Source of the DNA: a virus
Virus record (IMG/VR): IMGVR_UViG_3300047546_001263
Span: 37,261-101,260 of that record
Length of the DNA: 64,000 nucleotides
Reading direction: 5' to 3' (one strand)
Both the position numbers and the translations under genes were made by a program. Below, piece after piece: positions 38,835-47,671 of the stretch. The notes under the pieces are model-generated. The model had not been told where the DNA came from. It worked only from the letters and a program-made list of their open reading frames with translations, and made no database searches. The number at the start of each line of letters is the position of its first letter. The stretch's first letter is position 1.

Positions 38835-39670
38835 ATTGTAACAATTTTATCTCTTAATAAATTCCATTTAGAGTAATCCATATAATCAATATACGAAAAA
38901 TTATTCAATTTTTCAACTTTAAATTCAGGATTACATATATCAATTTTCCAGTCAAATACTTTTATAGCATTGTACATTGTTTTATACTCGGCGGAATATG
39001 CATAAGGTTTATCAATATCAGCTACTTCTTTTATTCTTTCCACACAAGTAGCATCCCATTTAAAATGATGCACCTGGGTAAATACTTCTTCAATAGGCAT
39101 TCTCTTCGGGTGAGCTTTCCCCCAGCTGTTTGTTCCATCTTTAAAAGTAGCATAATGCTGTCCTGAACATACATCTTGAAAACCTTTCATTAGGGTCACT
39201 TTATTAGGACATGCTTTAGACATTAGGTGTCTAAAAAAACCTGCGTAAGGAAAAGCAGAATGAATATCTGTTTCTCTAGTTACTTTCGGAAAGATTCCGT
39301 CAGGTCCTATTCTATCTAAAAAACCTCCTGTTACAAAATCGTATTTATACTTTTCACATTCTTTTATTATGTCTGGTATCTCATACGGGTAAACTTGTAG
39401 TTCGTCATCATCAGATACTATCCACCAGTCATTAGGTTTAGTCTGTTTAATAAAGTTATAAACAGCGGTTACTCTTTCCCAGTTGTACTTCTCATCTGTA
39501 ATAACAATATAGGGTTTAATTCCTAAATCTAAAACTTCTTCAAGTACGCCGTCGTTTTCATCTTGTCGGTAAACAGCTACATAAATCTTATCAACCTTAC
39601 CTTCATAATGCTTTAACATATGAGGGAGTAGGTGGGTATTTCGTCCTACGACTGTTACTAAATTAAGCAT
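38831..39670 (-). CDS. GT2-like (GT-A fold) glycosyltransferase
   Basis: LPHMLKHY..WWIVSDDDEL (DxD)..GQH..HHFKW. Confidence 0.7.
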   Translation of the reverse strand: MLNLVTVVGRNTHLLPHMLKHYEGKVDKIYVAVYRQDENDGVLEEVLDLGIKPYIVITDEKYNWERVTAVYNFIKQTKPNDWWIVSDDDELQVYPYEIPDIIKECEKYKYDFVTGGFLDRIGPDGIFPKVTRETDIHSAFPYAGFFRHLMSKACPNKVTLMKGFQDVCSGQHYATFKDGTNSWGKAHPKRMPIEEVFTQVHHFKWDATCVERIKEVADIDKPYAYSAEYKTMYNAIKVFDWKIDICNPEFKVEKLNNFSYIDYMDYSKWNLLRDKIVTI

Positions 39671-40385
39671 GCTGAATAAGAGTTATACCTGTAGAAGATG
39701 GTTTATTTTTTACAATACCTTCGTTAAAGAAGTTAAAGAGGCGCCATTCTGGTCCAAGCTCTGTTATTAATTTAGAAGGTCCAGAGAAACTATGGTGATC
39801 TTTTTTAGCATCTTCTGATATAATTAAAGATTCTTCATACTGCTTATCTGTATCGTGAATTGCAATTATACCGTTTTTCTTTAGTATTGTTGAATAGAGT
39901 TCAAAATCTTTCTTAACTCCTTCGTAAGAATGATCACCGTCTATGAATAAAAAATCTATTTGAATATCTTGTTTAACAAAAAAGTCATAATAGGCGTCGA
40001 TAGAAGTCGATTTGATAAACCTAGGATAAAACGTCTTCCGGAAGAATGATTCTTCATTATCCAAATCGTTAGGACCGCCAATACCATTACAAGCGTCAAT
40101 GAGATAAGTAACACCGATGTCACCCCAATTATAGTCTCCATTTCCTTCAAAAATACCTTGGTTATATAAGTCAATTCGAGCTTGTGTCATTATACGGGGA
40201 ATAAACCCGCTACCAGACCCGATACATACACATACCTTTGCTCGCATCATCTGTATGATGCTATAAACTAATAAGCCGTCTCCGAGATGTTTATCTGTTG
40301 CGCCATGCGTCCATCTATAGTCTACTGGGGTTCCGTTATTAGTAGTTATTTTTTCTTGTATGTATTTTAAATCTACTATTGACAT
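39663..40385 (-). CDS. Class I SAM-dependent methyltransferase (Methyltransf_24-like)
   Basis: VCIGSGSG, FLFIDGDHSYEGVKKDF, GIIAIHD. Confidence 0.85.
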   Translation of the reverse strand: MSIVDLKYIQEKITTNNGTPVDYRWTHGATDKHLGDGLLVYSIIQMMRAKVCVCIGSGSGFIPRIMTQARIDLYNQGIFEGNGDYNWGDIGVTYLIDACNGIGGPNDLDNEESFFRKTFYPRFIKSTSIDAYYDFFVKQDIQIDFLFIDGDHSYEGVKKDFELYSTILKKNGIIAIHDTDKQYEESLIISEDAKKDHHSFSGPSKLITELGPEWRLFNFFNEGIVKNKPSSTGITLIQHA

Positions 40386-41240
40386 CTACATTACCGTCAT
40401 AAACGATAGGTCTAAGTTAGGCATATTTACGCAATTTTCCAACTCTTTTATTTCCCTTTCGTAATTCTGATCTCCTTCGTTCTTTATAATCCAAGATTTT
40501 AAAGGTCCGTAATGTTTAAAGTATTGTTGAGATTCCTCAAAAGTCCATATACCATTTTCGTGATCCTCACCCCATTGCCATGCTTGACAATCCCAGTAAG
40601 TCCTGATTAACCCTTTTAATGGTTTATTTTTTATCTCTAAGAGATGTCGAAGAAGTAGTTGTTCTGAAAAGATTAAATACTGTGGATTTGGTGCTCCTAA
40701 AGCTGTAAGTTCTTCCATCATATCTAAACTCATATTAGCATACAGTCTAGTAAATTCTGGATCTGGAAGGTGTAAGAAAGCTACACAAGCTGAGTCTGTT
40801 TTCCATCGAGGACGGTAGCTAAGTTTTTTTATTATCTCATCATAACCTGTAGGATAGTATCCTCTTCCTTTCTCTAGATTACATACATATGTTGTATCTT
40901 TTTCTAAAAGGTGTGCAATAGGTTTATAGACTAACGTATCATTATCCATAAGGATAACCGGCTCTGTTTGTTGGGAAAGAACTCCAACTTTGCTAGCCGC
41001 CCAGAATACGTTTCTATCAATGTTTCTTGTGTGGGTGTATTCTTCTATACTATCCCATAAATGAGTAATAGAGAGACGCTCTAAATACTGTAGGGTTAGT
41101 TTATCACAGTACATCACGCAGTTGTGAGTAGGGTGATTTTTCTTCCATAATTGTATAGAAGCAATAAGCATGAGAGTGTTTAGTTTTCCGTAGATTCTCT
41201 CATCATTTTTTATATTTTCTAAAACCCAAATTACTTTCAA
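40386..41240 (-). CDS. Putative GT-A fold protein (DUF6734-like), TTG start
   Basis: MYCD..FWAASK..QTEPVILMDNDT (DxD)..EQ.LL. Confidence 0.5.
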   Translation of the reverse strand: MKVIWVLENIKNDERIYGKLNTLMLIASIQLWKKNHPTHNCVMYCDKLTLQYLERLSITHLWDSIEEYTHTRNIDRNVFWAASKVGVLSQQTEPVILMDNDTLVYKPIAHLLEKDTTYVCNLEKGRGYYPTGYDEIIKKLSYRPRWKTDSACVAFLHLPDPEFTRLYANMSLDMMEELTALGAPNPQYLIFSEQLLLRHLLEIKNKPLKGLIRTYWDCQAWQWGEDHENGIWTFEESQQYFKHYGPLKSWIIKNEGDQNYEREIKELENCVNMPNLDLSFMTVM

Positions 41241-41259
41241 AACTAAGTTAATTAATTAT

Positions 41260-41271
41260 TAAAATTACGAA
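41260..41271 (-). promoter_or_regulatory. TTCGTAATTTTA promoter-like motif at the head of the modification island
   Basis: Matches the TTCGTAnnTTwA class, 20 bp upstream of the TTG start at 41240. Confidence 0.5.
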
Positions 41272-41293
41272 CTTTTATTTATATATCCAACTA

Positions 41294-41758
41294 TTATGCG
41301 TAAGGATTCAAGTGAGTAGTTGTGAAGTAAGCCCAGTAGTCAGAATAATCCGCATCAGTTCCGTTAGTAATAGTAAAGGTAGATGAAGCTGATATCTGTA
41401 CACCACCTGCGCCTGATGCTGATCTCCATGAATGAAATGTCCAAGGGTATGTAGCTGTTGCTACTATTGTGATGTTGTAAGCATTTAAAAAAACGTTCTG
41501 AACGGTTATATTACTACTTGTAGCAGCGACCGTATAAGGTGCAGTTATTGCAACAGTCCCTCCAGTTTGCGGGCGAATTGTTCCTTTAAAGATTGTACTA
41601 TTTCTTATTTCACTTGCACTAAACGGAGCTGTATTCGCCGGGAACATATTGTTCATAGCAGTAGCTATTGAAGTATTGCTATCTGCAGAAATGGAGTTAG
41701 ACCATTCGTCAAAAGACCCCCAATTTATATTCGATGCACCGTACGTTTTTCTTGACAT
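41294..41758 (-). CDS. Putative fibre-tip/adhesin-like small structural protein
   Basis: Ser/Thr-rich beta protein downstream of the long fibre; YPWTFHSW repeat-domain-like motif. Confidence 0.4.
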   Translation of the reverse strand: MSRKTYGASNINWGSFDEWSNSISADSNTSIATAMNNMFPANTAPFSASEIRNSTIFKGTIRPQTGGTVAITAPYTVAATSSNITVQNVFLNAYNITIVATATYPWTFHSWRSASGAGGVQISASSTFTITNGTDADYSDYWAYFTTTHLNPYA

Positions 41759-41759
41759 T

Positions 41760-42311
41760 TTATTTTACTGTTTCGATATTATCTTTAGGAAACCATTTCG
41801 CTAATTCTACTCTTAAGGCATTATAAGCGAACTCTGCTAATCTATTTGAAACCCCGTAATCAATTACTTTTTTTACTTCTTTTTTAACTCCTACTTGAAC
41901 TTGTTTCTCTTCAGTTATAGTTCTGTACAAAGTTACTTCCTCTCCATTCTCGTCAAAACTTACATACGGAACTTCTCTTTTTGCTAGTTTAGTTTCGTAT
42001 ATAGGAATATCTACTTCTTCTTCGTTTACTGCAAATATATCTAGGTATTGCGGTAAAAATATTTCTACTTCTTCTGTGCTTTCGGCTGGGTAATACATTA
42101 CTTTATCATATATTAACCCAACCATATTTCTTGGTCCTTCATCCAAAAAAGTCCTAGTGGCCTTTATTGCATGGTTTCTATCTACCCAGTATGTAATTTG
42201 AAACATTACTGCTGCGGTATGTTTATTATAACTGATGCCTTCTATTCGAGCATAGACCTCTTGTGAAGGTCCTAGGCTCGTCTCTAGATCGACATTTAAC
42301 TGTAAACCCAT
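41760..42311 (-). CDS. Hypothetical protein (fibre-associated)
   Basis: 183-aa ORF immediately after the long tail fibre gene. Confidence 0.6.
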   Translation of the reverse strand: MGLQLNVDLETSLGPSQEVYARIEGISYNKHTAAVMFQITYWVDRNHAIKATRTFLDEGPRNMVGLIYDKVMYYPAESTEEVEIFLPQYLDIFAVNEEEVDIPIYETKLAKREVPYVSFDENGEEVTLYRTITEEKQVQVGVKKEVKKVIDYGVSNRLAEFAYNALRVELAKWFPKDNIETVK

Positions 42312-42312
42312 T

Positions 42313-45300
42313 TTATTTATTTTTTAGTTCTGCTAATTCTGCTTTTAATTCTTCAATTTGTTTTTGTTGCTCTTTTATTGCTTCGATAAATAATGGAGCT
42401 AATTTTTCGTACTGAACAGTTAAGTAATTCTCTCCTGATCTAGATCCTCCGTTTTCGTCTAAGTCAAAAGGAGCTGGTTTAACTGCTTGTGGTAATACTG
42501 CTTGTACTTGCTGTGCTAATACCCCAGCATCACCTTCTTTGATCTTAGGATTAAATCCTGCATCGAAAGCTTCTTGTTTCCAGTCAAAAGTTACACCATT
42601 TAAAGATAATACTTTATCTAAAGCGTTTGGTATATTTTTTATATTTTCTTTTAATCTTTCGTCGGAAGAGTATGCTGTAACATCTCCAGGGAATGTAGTG
42701 TTACCAGATCCGTCTAACAAAGTAGCTGTTCTACTTAAAGTAGTAAATACTCCTGAGTATTGTCTAACGTGGATTGGTTCAGTAGCGTCGTCTGCTGTTG
42801 CTATTTCGACAAAACCAGCATTTGAAGCTGTACCGCCAATTCTGATACGGAACTGGTCATTATCTGCCATGTTACCGTAAACTAAATCTGCTGAGTTAGT
42901 ACTAGTTACTGTATTCTCTACCTTGGCAACAGTACCTGATGAAGTTTGGTATCCAGAGTTATTAGTCCATTGTGAAATGTTACCCGACTTATTAGTCAGT
43001 GTATCAGTAGAAGAAGCTGTAATATATCCTGCACCGTTAGTTAACTGGTTAGTATTTGTTACGTTAGTAGCTCCTGCTGCAATTCCATCTAATTTATCTC
43101 TACGAGTTGTAGTAAAGTTTACCGCTGTTAATCCGCCATCACCTACTGAGTAAGTTGTATCTGTCCAAGGTACGTTGACTACACCTTGTAAAGAAGCATT
43201 TAACTGTAATCCGTAAGTTCTACCAGCTGTAGCTGATACAGCATTAGCTGCTACCGTTTGAGTAGTATCGCTGGCTAACTCTATACCACCTAATGCTGTT
43301 GAAGTTGCTGTAGGTAGTGAGTAGTTATTTGCATTAGCTGCAATTCCATCTAATTTATCTCTACGAGTTGTAGTAAAGTTAACTTGAGTTAATCCACCAT
43401 CACCTACTGTTAAGTTACCTCCGTGGTAGATTGTATTACCACCGTATGTTAAAGCTCCAGTACCGGTTCTACCTAAAGCAGTTGCGTTACTATTACCAAA
43501 AACAATATATCCTTGAGTAGCATCTTGTACACCCTGTATTCTAAATGTGTTAGCTGCATTTATATCACCAATCCAAGCATCATCACCTATTCTAACATTT
43601 GTACCGTTTCCGTTATTACCAGTAATCACTGAGTCAAATGTAACTTGAGCGCTGGTAGCTACTGATTGCCCGATTGAGAAGGTTACTGCTCCGGTAGCTG
43701 CACTTACACCAACACCTGTACCAGCTACTGCTGAAGTTACACCAGCATTACTAAATGTAGTGCCTGTTAATGTAATACCTGTTCCAGCAGAGTATGTTGT
43801 ATTTGTATCGGTTGCAGTAATTGTAATTGTATCAGTAGTAGCATCGGTAGTAATTGTTACGTTACTGCCTGCAGCTAAAGTTAAAGTATCATCATTTGTA
43901 TCAGCTACTACTGTAGTTTGACCTGCTACTGCTATATTTTTAAATATATTTTGAGATGAACCTCTATCTGAGTTAGTAATTGTTACTGCACCGGTTGCAC
44001 CAGAAACTGATATACCAGTTCCTGCTACGTTAGAAGTTACACCTGCGTTTGTTAAAGTTACAGAAGATCCTAAAGAAACAGCTCCTCCTCCACTCATTCC
44101 AGTTCCTGCTGTTACAGTTACTGAAGAGTTAGCTAATTTAGCGTTAGTTACAGAAGCATCTACTAATTGAGAAGCATTGATTGTCTTGTTTGTTAATATC
44201 TGTGCCCCTGATAATGTTACTACTGAGCTGTCGATACTAAAGGCTGTACCTGTTAAAGATAAACCTGTAGATGCTGTATATGTAGTATTTGTATCTGTTG
44301 ATGCAATTGTAAAGCTAGGATAAGTACCAGTTATAGTTACGTTAGATCCTGCTGTTAATACAACTGTCTGGTCAGGTGCGGAGTTTGTAATCGTTGGTGT
44401 AGCTCCTTCTCCTGTGTTATTGGCTAAAGTGATTCCAGTACCTGCTACTAAACTTGCTACATAATTACCTGTTGTGTCAGTTCCTAAAGCAACTGAATCT
44501 GCTGCAATTGTAGCTGTTAAGGTTACGCCTGCAGATCCATCAAAGGAAACGTTACCGGTTAAATCACCACCTAATGTAATTGTTCTAGCAGTTGCTAATT
44601 TAGAAGCTGTAGAAGCATTACCTGATAGAGATCCTGTGATACTTGTTGCAATTAAATTAGAAACCTGTAATGGAGCTAATTCAAAAGAAGCGTGAGTTGT
44701 ATCTATGTAAATACTTGCATCTGGTTCTGGGTCATATCCTCTGAAGAATTTCCAGATGTTATCAGAAGCATCTCTAAATAAACCAGCATGGTGGTAAGTA
44801 CCGTCATTATATCCACCAGCAAATCCTAAGTCAGGGTTTGTTCCTGATTTAGCTCTTGCTATTCCTCCTGATACATAACTAGTAGTTGTACTACCGCTTA
44901 TGCTAAATGTTGTATGTGTTTGACCTGCGTGAGATTTTGTGCCTACCGCAGTAATTGTTTGGCTTGTTACGTTATATGCTGTTGGATTAACTCCTGTTAC
45001 AGTTACTACCATTCCTACTACGTAGTTATGATTTTCTTCTGTTGTATACGTTATAGTAGTTCCATCACCATTAATATCTAGAATAGTAGTCTGCGCTCCA
45101 TTATTTAAGTATATTAAGTTATCTGATACTGCTAAATTTTGAACGCTGATTGAAGTTGTTGTACCTGATACAAATAAGTTTCCATCAACAAAAACACTAC
45201 CGTTAAAAGTACCATTTCTAAAAGTAACATTATCTGTAGTACCTAAACCAGTTGCTACGGCTGTTATAGTCCCACTAGTATTAGTGAAGTTAATTCCGGC

Positions 45301-46449
45301 CTGTCCTGAGGTATCGTTAAATGTTAAACCTGATTGATAAGATCCTGTAGCGGCTTCTAGAGCAGCTAATCTAGTATTTTGAGTATTATTTACACTTGTA
45401 GCTGTTGATGTTGATGATTCAATAGGGACAATTCTTGATGCAAAAGAACTAGATACAGAAGCTAATTCACTATCTGTAGCATAAGTTGATCCTAAGTTAT
45501 TAATTGTAGTATTGATGTTATCAATCCTAGTTGCAAACGATCCTGAGTTAATTCTCGCTATTTGAACGTTTGTACTTGTAGTAGAAGCAAATGAACTAGA
45601 TACTGATATTAAGCTAGCATCGGTAGCATACGTATTATCTAAGTTATTTATCGCTGTATTAATATTATCTATTCTATTTGCAAGAGATCCAGATACAGTA
45701 TTAAGGTGTGTATTAACCCCGATAATGTTAGAGGATAAAGAAGAAGATAATATAGTAATATCAGAGTGTATATCAGCATCTACTGCAATAAGAGAAGCTG
45801 AAAGCGCGGCTAATTGACTATCAGTAGCATAAGTATTATCTAGACCGTTAATTGTATTGTTAATACTTACGATATTCGAAGCTAAAGAAGCAGATACTAC
45901 TGCTAGTTCAGAATCTGTAGCGTAGGTATTGTATATGTTAGCTATATTAGAAGCTAAAGAAGAGGAAACGTTAGTAAGCTCTGTATCTGTAGCGTACGTA
46001 CTGTATATGTTAGCTATATTAGAAGCTAAAGAAGCAGATACTGCTGCTAATTCAGAATCTGTAGCGTAGGTATTAAAGATTGTAGCAACATTACCGGCTA
46101 AAGAAGAAGAAACGTTAGCTAATTCTGTATCTGTAGCATAAGTGTTATAGATATTAGTGATATCTCCTGCTAAAGAAGAAGAAACGTTGCTTAATTCACT
46201 ATCAGTAGCGAAACCTGTACCTAGATTATCAAATCTAGTAGCAAATGATGCAGAAACTGCACCAAATGATCCAGATATCTGGGATGCTATTTGCGCTGAA
46301 CCTGATAATAAGGTTGGTTTATTAAGAACGTTTGCGTACTCTACGTTAGAGGCAGCTACGTTAGTTAAGCCGCTTCCGTTCCCAAAGAAAGACCCACTAA
46401 AGGATCCTGTCAGTGCGGCGTTAATACCTATTGGATTGTCAATTCTCAT
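42313..46449 (-). CDS. Long tail fibre with C-terminal intramolecular chaperone (peptidase S74-like)
   Basis: T/S/G-rich beta repeats; C-terminal YSSDERLKENI..GVLAQQVQAVLP..VQYEKL..EAIKEQQKQIEEL. Confidence 0.9.
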   Translation of the reverse strand: MRIDNPIGINAALTGSFSGSFFGNGSGLTNVAASNVEYANVLNKPTLLSGSAQIASQISGSFGAVSASFATRFDNLGTGFATDSELSNVSSSLAGDITNIYNTYATDTELANVSSSLAGNVATIFNTYATDSELAAVSASLASNIANIYSTYATDTELTNVSSSLASNIANIYNTYATDSELAVVSASLASNIVSINNTINGLDNTYATDSQLAALSASLIAVDADIHSDITILSSSLSSNIIGVNTHLNTVSGSLANRIDNINTAINNLDNTYATDASLISVSSSFASTTSTNVQIARINSGSFATRIDNINTTINNLGSTYATDSELASVSSSFASRIVPIESSTSTATSVNNTQNTRLAALEAATGSYQSGLTFNDTSGQAGINFTNTSGTITAVATGLGTTDNVTFRNGTFNGSVFVDGNLFVSGTTTSISVQNLAVSDNLIYLNNGAQTTILDINGDGTTITYTTEENHNYVVGMVVTVTGVNPTAYNVTSQTITAVGTKSHAGQTHTTFSISGSTTTSYVSGGIARAKSGTNPDLGFAGGYNDGTYHHAGLFRDASDNIWKFFRGYDPEPDASIYIDTTHASFELAPLQVSNLIATSITGSLSGNASTASKLATARTITLGGDLTGNVSFDGSAGVTLTATIAADSVALGTDTTGNYVASLVAGTGITLANNTGEGATPTITNSAPDQTVVLTAGSNVTITGTYPSFTIASTDTNTTYTASTGLSLTGTAFSIDSSVVTLSGAQILTNKTINASQLVDASVTNAKLANSSVTVTAGTGMSGGGAVSLGSSVTLTNAGVTSNVAGTGISVSGATGAVTITNSDRGSSQNIFKNIAVAGQTTVVADTNDDTLTLAAGSNVTITTDATTDTITITATDTNTTYSAGTGITLTGTTFSNAGVTSAVAGTGVGVSAATGAVTFSIGQSVATSAQVTFDSVITGNNGNGTNVRIGDDAWIGDINAANTFRIQGVQDATQGYIVFGNSNATALGRTGTGALTYGGNTIYHGGNLTVGDGGLTQVNFTTTRRDKLDGIAANANNYSLPTATSTALGGIELASDTTQTVAANAVSATAGRTYGLQLNASLQGVVNVPWTDTTYSVGDGGLTAVNFTTTRRDKLDGIAAGATNVTNTNQLTNGAGYITASSTDTLTNKSGNISQWTNNSGYQTSSGTVAKVENTVTSTNSADLVYGNMADNDQFRIRIGGTASNAGFVEIATADDATEPIHVRQYSGVFTTLSRTATLLDGSGNTTFPGDVTAYSSDERLKENIKNIPNALDKVLSLNGVTFDWKQEAFDAGFNPKIKEGDAGVLAQQVQAVLPQAVKPAPFDLDENGGSRSGENYLTVQYEKLAPLFIEAIKEQQKQIEELKAELAELKNK
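43076..43380. repeat. Exact 44-bp direct repeat in tail fibre gene (43076-43119 and 43337-43380)
   Basis: gctgcaattccatctaatttatctctacgagttgtagtaaagtt occurs twice, 261 bp apart; encodes NFTTTRRDKLDGIAA. Confidence 0.92.
45800..46212 (-). repeat. 24-aa (72 bp) tandem repeats YATD(S/T)EL..VS.SL..N...I.NT
   Basis: Five to six consecutive units in the fibre N-terminus, with further YATD units near 45630 and 45480. Confidence 0.9.
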
Positions 46450-46494
46450 GTTTTTCTTCTTTTATAGTCTTTTTGCTACGTTATTAATAAATAT

Positions 46495-47367
46495 CTACTT
46501 ATTTACTACTACACTTCCTGAAATATAAGTACTAAACTCTAATACTACTGCATTACTTGAAGCAGATAATATCTTAGCCGGTAATACTTGCTCTCTCTGA
46601 GCAGTATACACCTGTACTACTGGAAAATCTTCAGATAGATTATGAGTTATAGTAAAAGGTCCACTACCTTCAATATTTTGTCTATAAGAAGTAGATGGTA
46701 TATTTGTAAAGTTGGTATAATTAAGGTAATACGACGGTAATTGACCGCCTAACTTTGTAGAATCGGCGGCTGAACCAGAAACAATATGTCCAGCTTTACC
46801 AACTACTACAAATCCTGTTGTTGCAGGATTAAAAGTAACAGTTACTGTATTTAAGTTAGCTACATTTACGGATTGTGGTATAATTTGGTTATACTGATTA
46901 TCGTAAACTGAAACTAATATGTTTCTGGTGTTAAAATTATGGGTAACTACTTTAGAAGTAGCGTTTGTGAAGGTATCTGTAACGGTTGTTACTTGATCTA
47001 TCTTAGCATTACCTCCTACAATATGACCTCCTTTAGCAACTACAACTGTACCTGTTGTTAGTTGATTAAATGTAATAGTAACGTTGTTGTTATCTGTTAA
47101 ATTAACAGTTGCTGGAATAATTTGATTATCATTCTCATCATAAACACTTATAACAAGGTTCTTAGATGAAAAATTATGATTAACTACCTTAGTTAAGGTG
47201 CTAGTAAAAGAATCTGATACAGTAGCTTGTTCAGATATTGTAGAATTTACATTAGTTAAACCTGAACCGTCTCCTACGAAGTACGAAGCAGTTACAGCGC
47301 TAGCTACATTAAGATTATATAAGTGTGCACTCGACCCACTTACAATGAGTTTTTTCCAGTTTGGCAT
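46495..47367 (-). CDS. Fibre/whisker-like structural protein with three HN(F/L) beta repeats
   Basis: MPNWKKLIVSGS N-terminus; three units of HNx....V.VY....QI(I/L)P....V.F..TG.VVV. Confidence 0.7.
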   Translation of the reverse strand: MPNWKKLIVSGSSAHLYNLNVASAVTASYFVGDGSGLTNVNSTISEQATVSDSFTSTLTKVVNHNFSSKNLVISVYDENDNQIIPATVNLTDNNNVTITFNQLTTGTVVVAKGGHIVGGNAKIDQVTTVTDTFTNATSKVVTHNFNTRNILVSVYDNQYNQIIPQSVNVANLNTVTVTFNPATTGFVVVGKAGHIVSGSAADSTKLGGQLPSYYLNYTNFTNIPSTSYRQNIEGSGPFTITHNLSEDFPVVQVYTAQREQVLPAKILSASSNAVVLEFSTYISGSVVVNK

Positions 47368-47377
47368 TCGTGTTACT

Positions 47378-47431
47378 ATTACGGTTGGTTACACCAATGT
47401 GCGGTGCCCACTTCCCTTTCGGGCCTATAAT
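47378..47431 (-). ncRNA. Candidate structured cis-regulatory RNA leader (three-way junction) upstream of the fibre-like gene
   Basis: Sense AUUAUAGG-CCC GAAA GGG-AAGUGG-GCACC GCACAUU GGUGU-AACCAA-CCGUAAU; GC-rich island in AT-rich intergenic DNA. Confidence 0.5.
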
Positions 47432-47446
47432 GTACATATAAATAGC

Positions 47447-47470
47447 AAAAGGACCTATTAAGGTCCCTTC
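47447..47470 (-). terminator. Intrinsic terminator after 60-aa gene
   Basis: Sense GGACCU UAAU AGGUCC UUUU. Confidence 0.7.
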
Positions 47471-47474
47471 ACTA

Positions 47475-47657
47475 CTAATTGTTTTTTTCTAATTCGTTTG
47501 TTAGTTTTACCCAGATGTTATAGAAGGCTTCGAATTCATCACCCTTATAGGTAGCTGTTCGAAGTTTTGCGAGTAAAAACTCGATCTCCTTCTTTGTAAA
47601 CCCGGATTGAGATTCAGGTTTACTTGGTTTACCTCCAATCTTATCTAATAACCCCAT
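47475..47657 (-). CDS. Small hypothetical protein
   Basis: 60-aa ORF between fibre genes, followed by a terminator. Confidence 0.65.
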   Translation of the reverse strand: MGLLDKIGGKPSKPESQSGFTKKEIEFLLAKLRTATYKGDEFEAFYNIWVKLTNELEKNN

Positions 47658-47671
47658 AACTTTATTTTATT

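Noticed and set aside
39956-40174. Nested minus-strand ORFs (39956-40174 and 62031-62342)
   Set aside because: They are alternate frames inside the methyltransferase and terminase genes, with no independent support
43076-46212. Fibre repeats as a CRISPR array or DGR template/variable repeat pair
   Set aside because: The repeats are in-frame coding duplications with no unique spacers, no adenine-specific mismatch pattern and no cas or reverse transcriptase gene in the window
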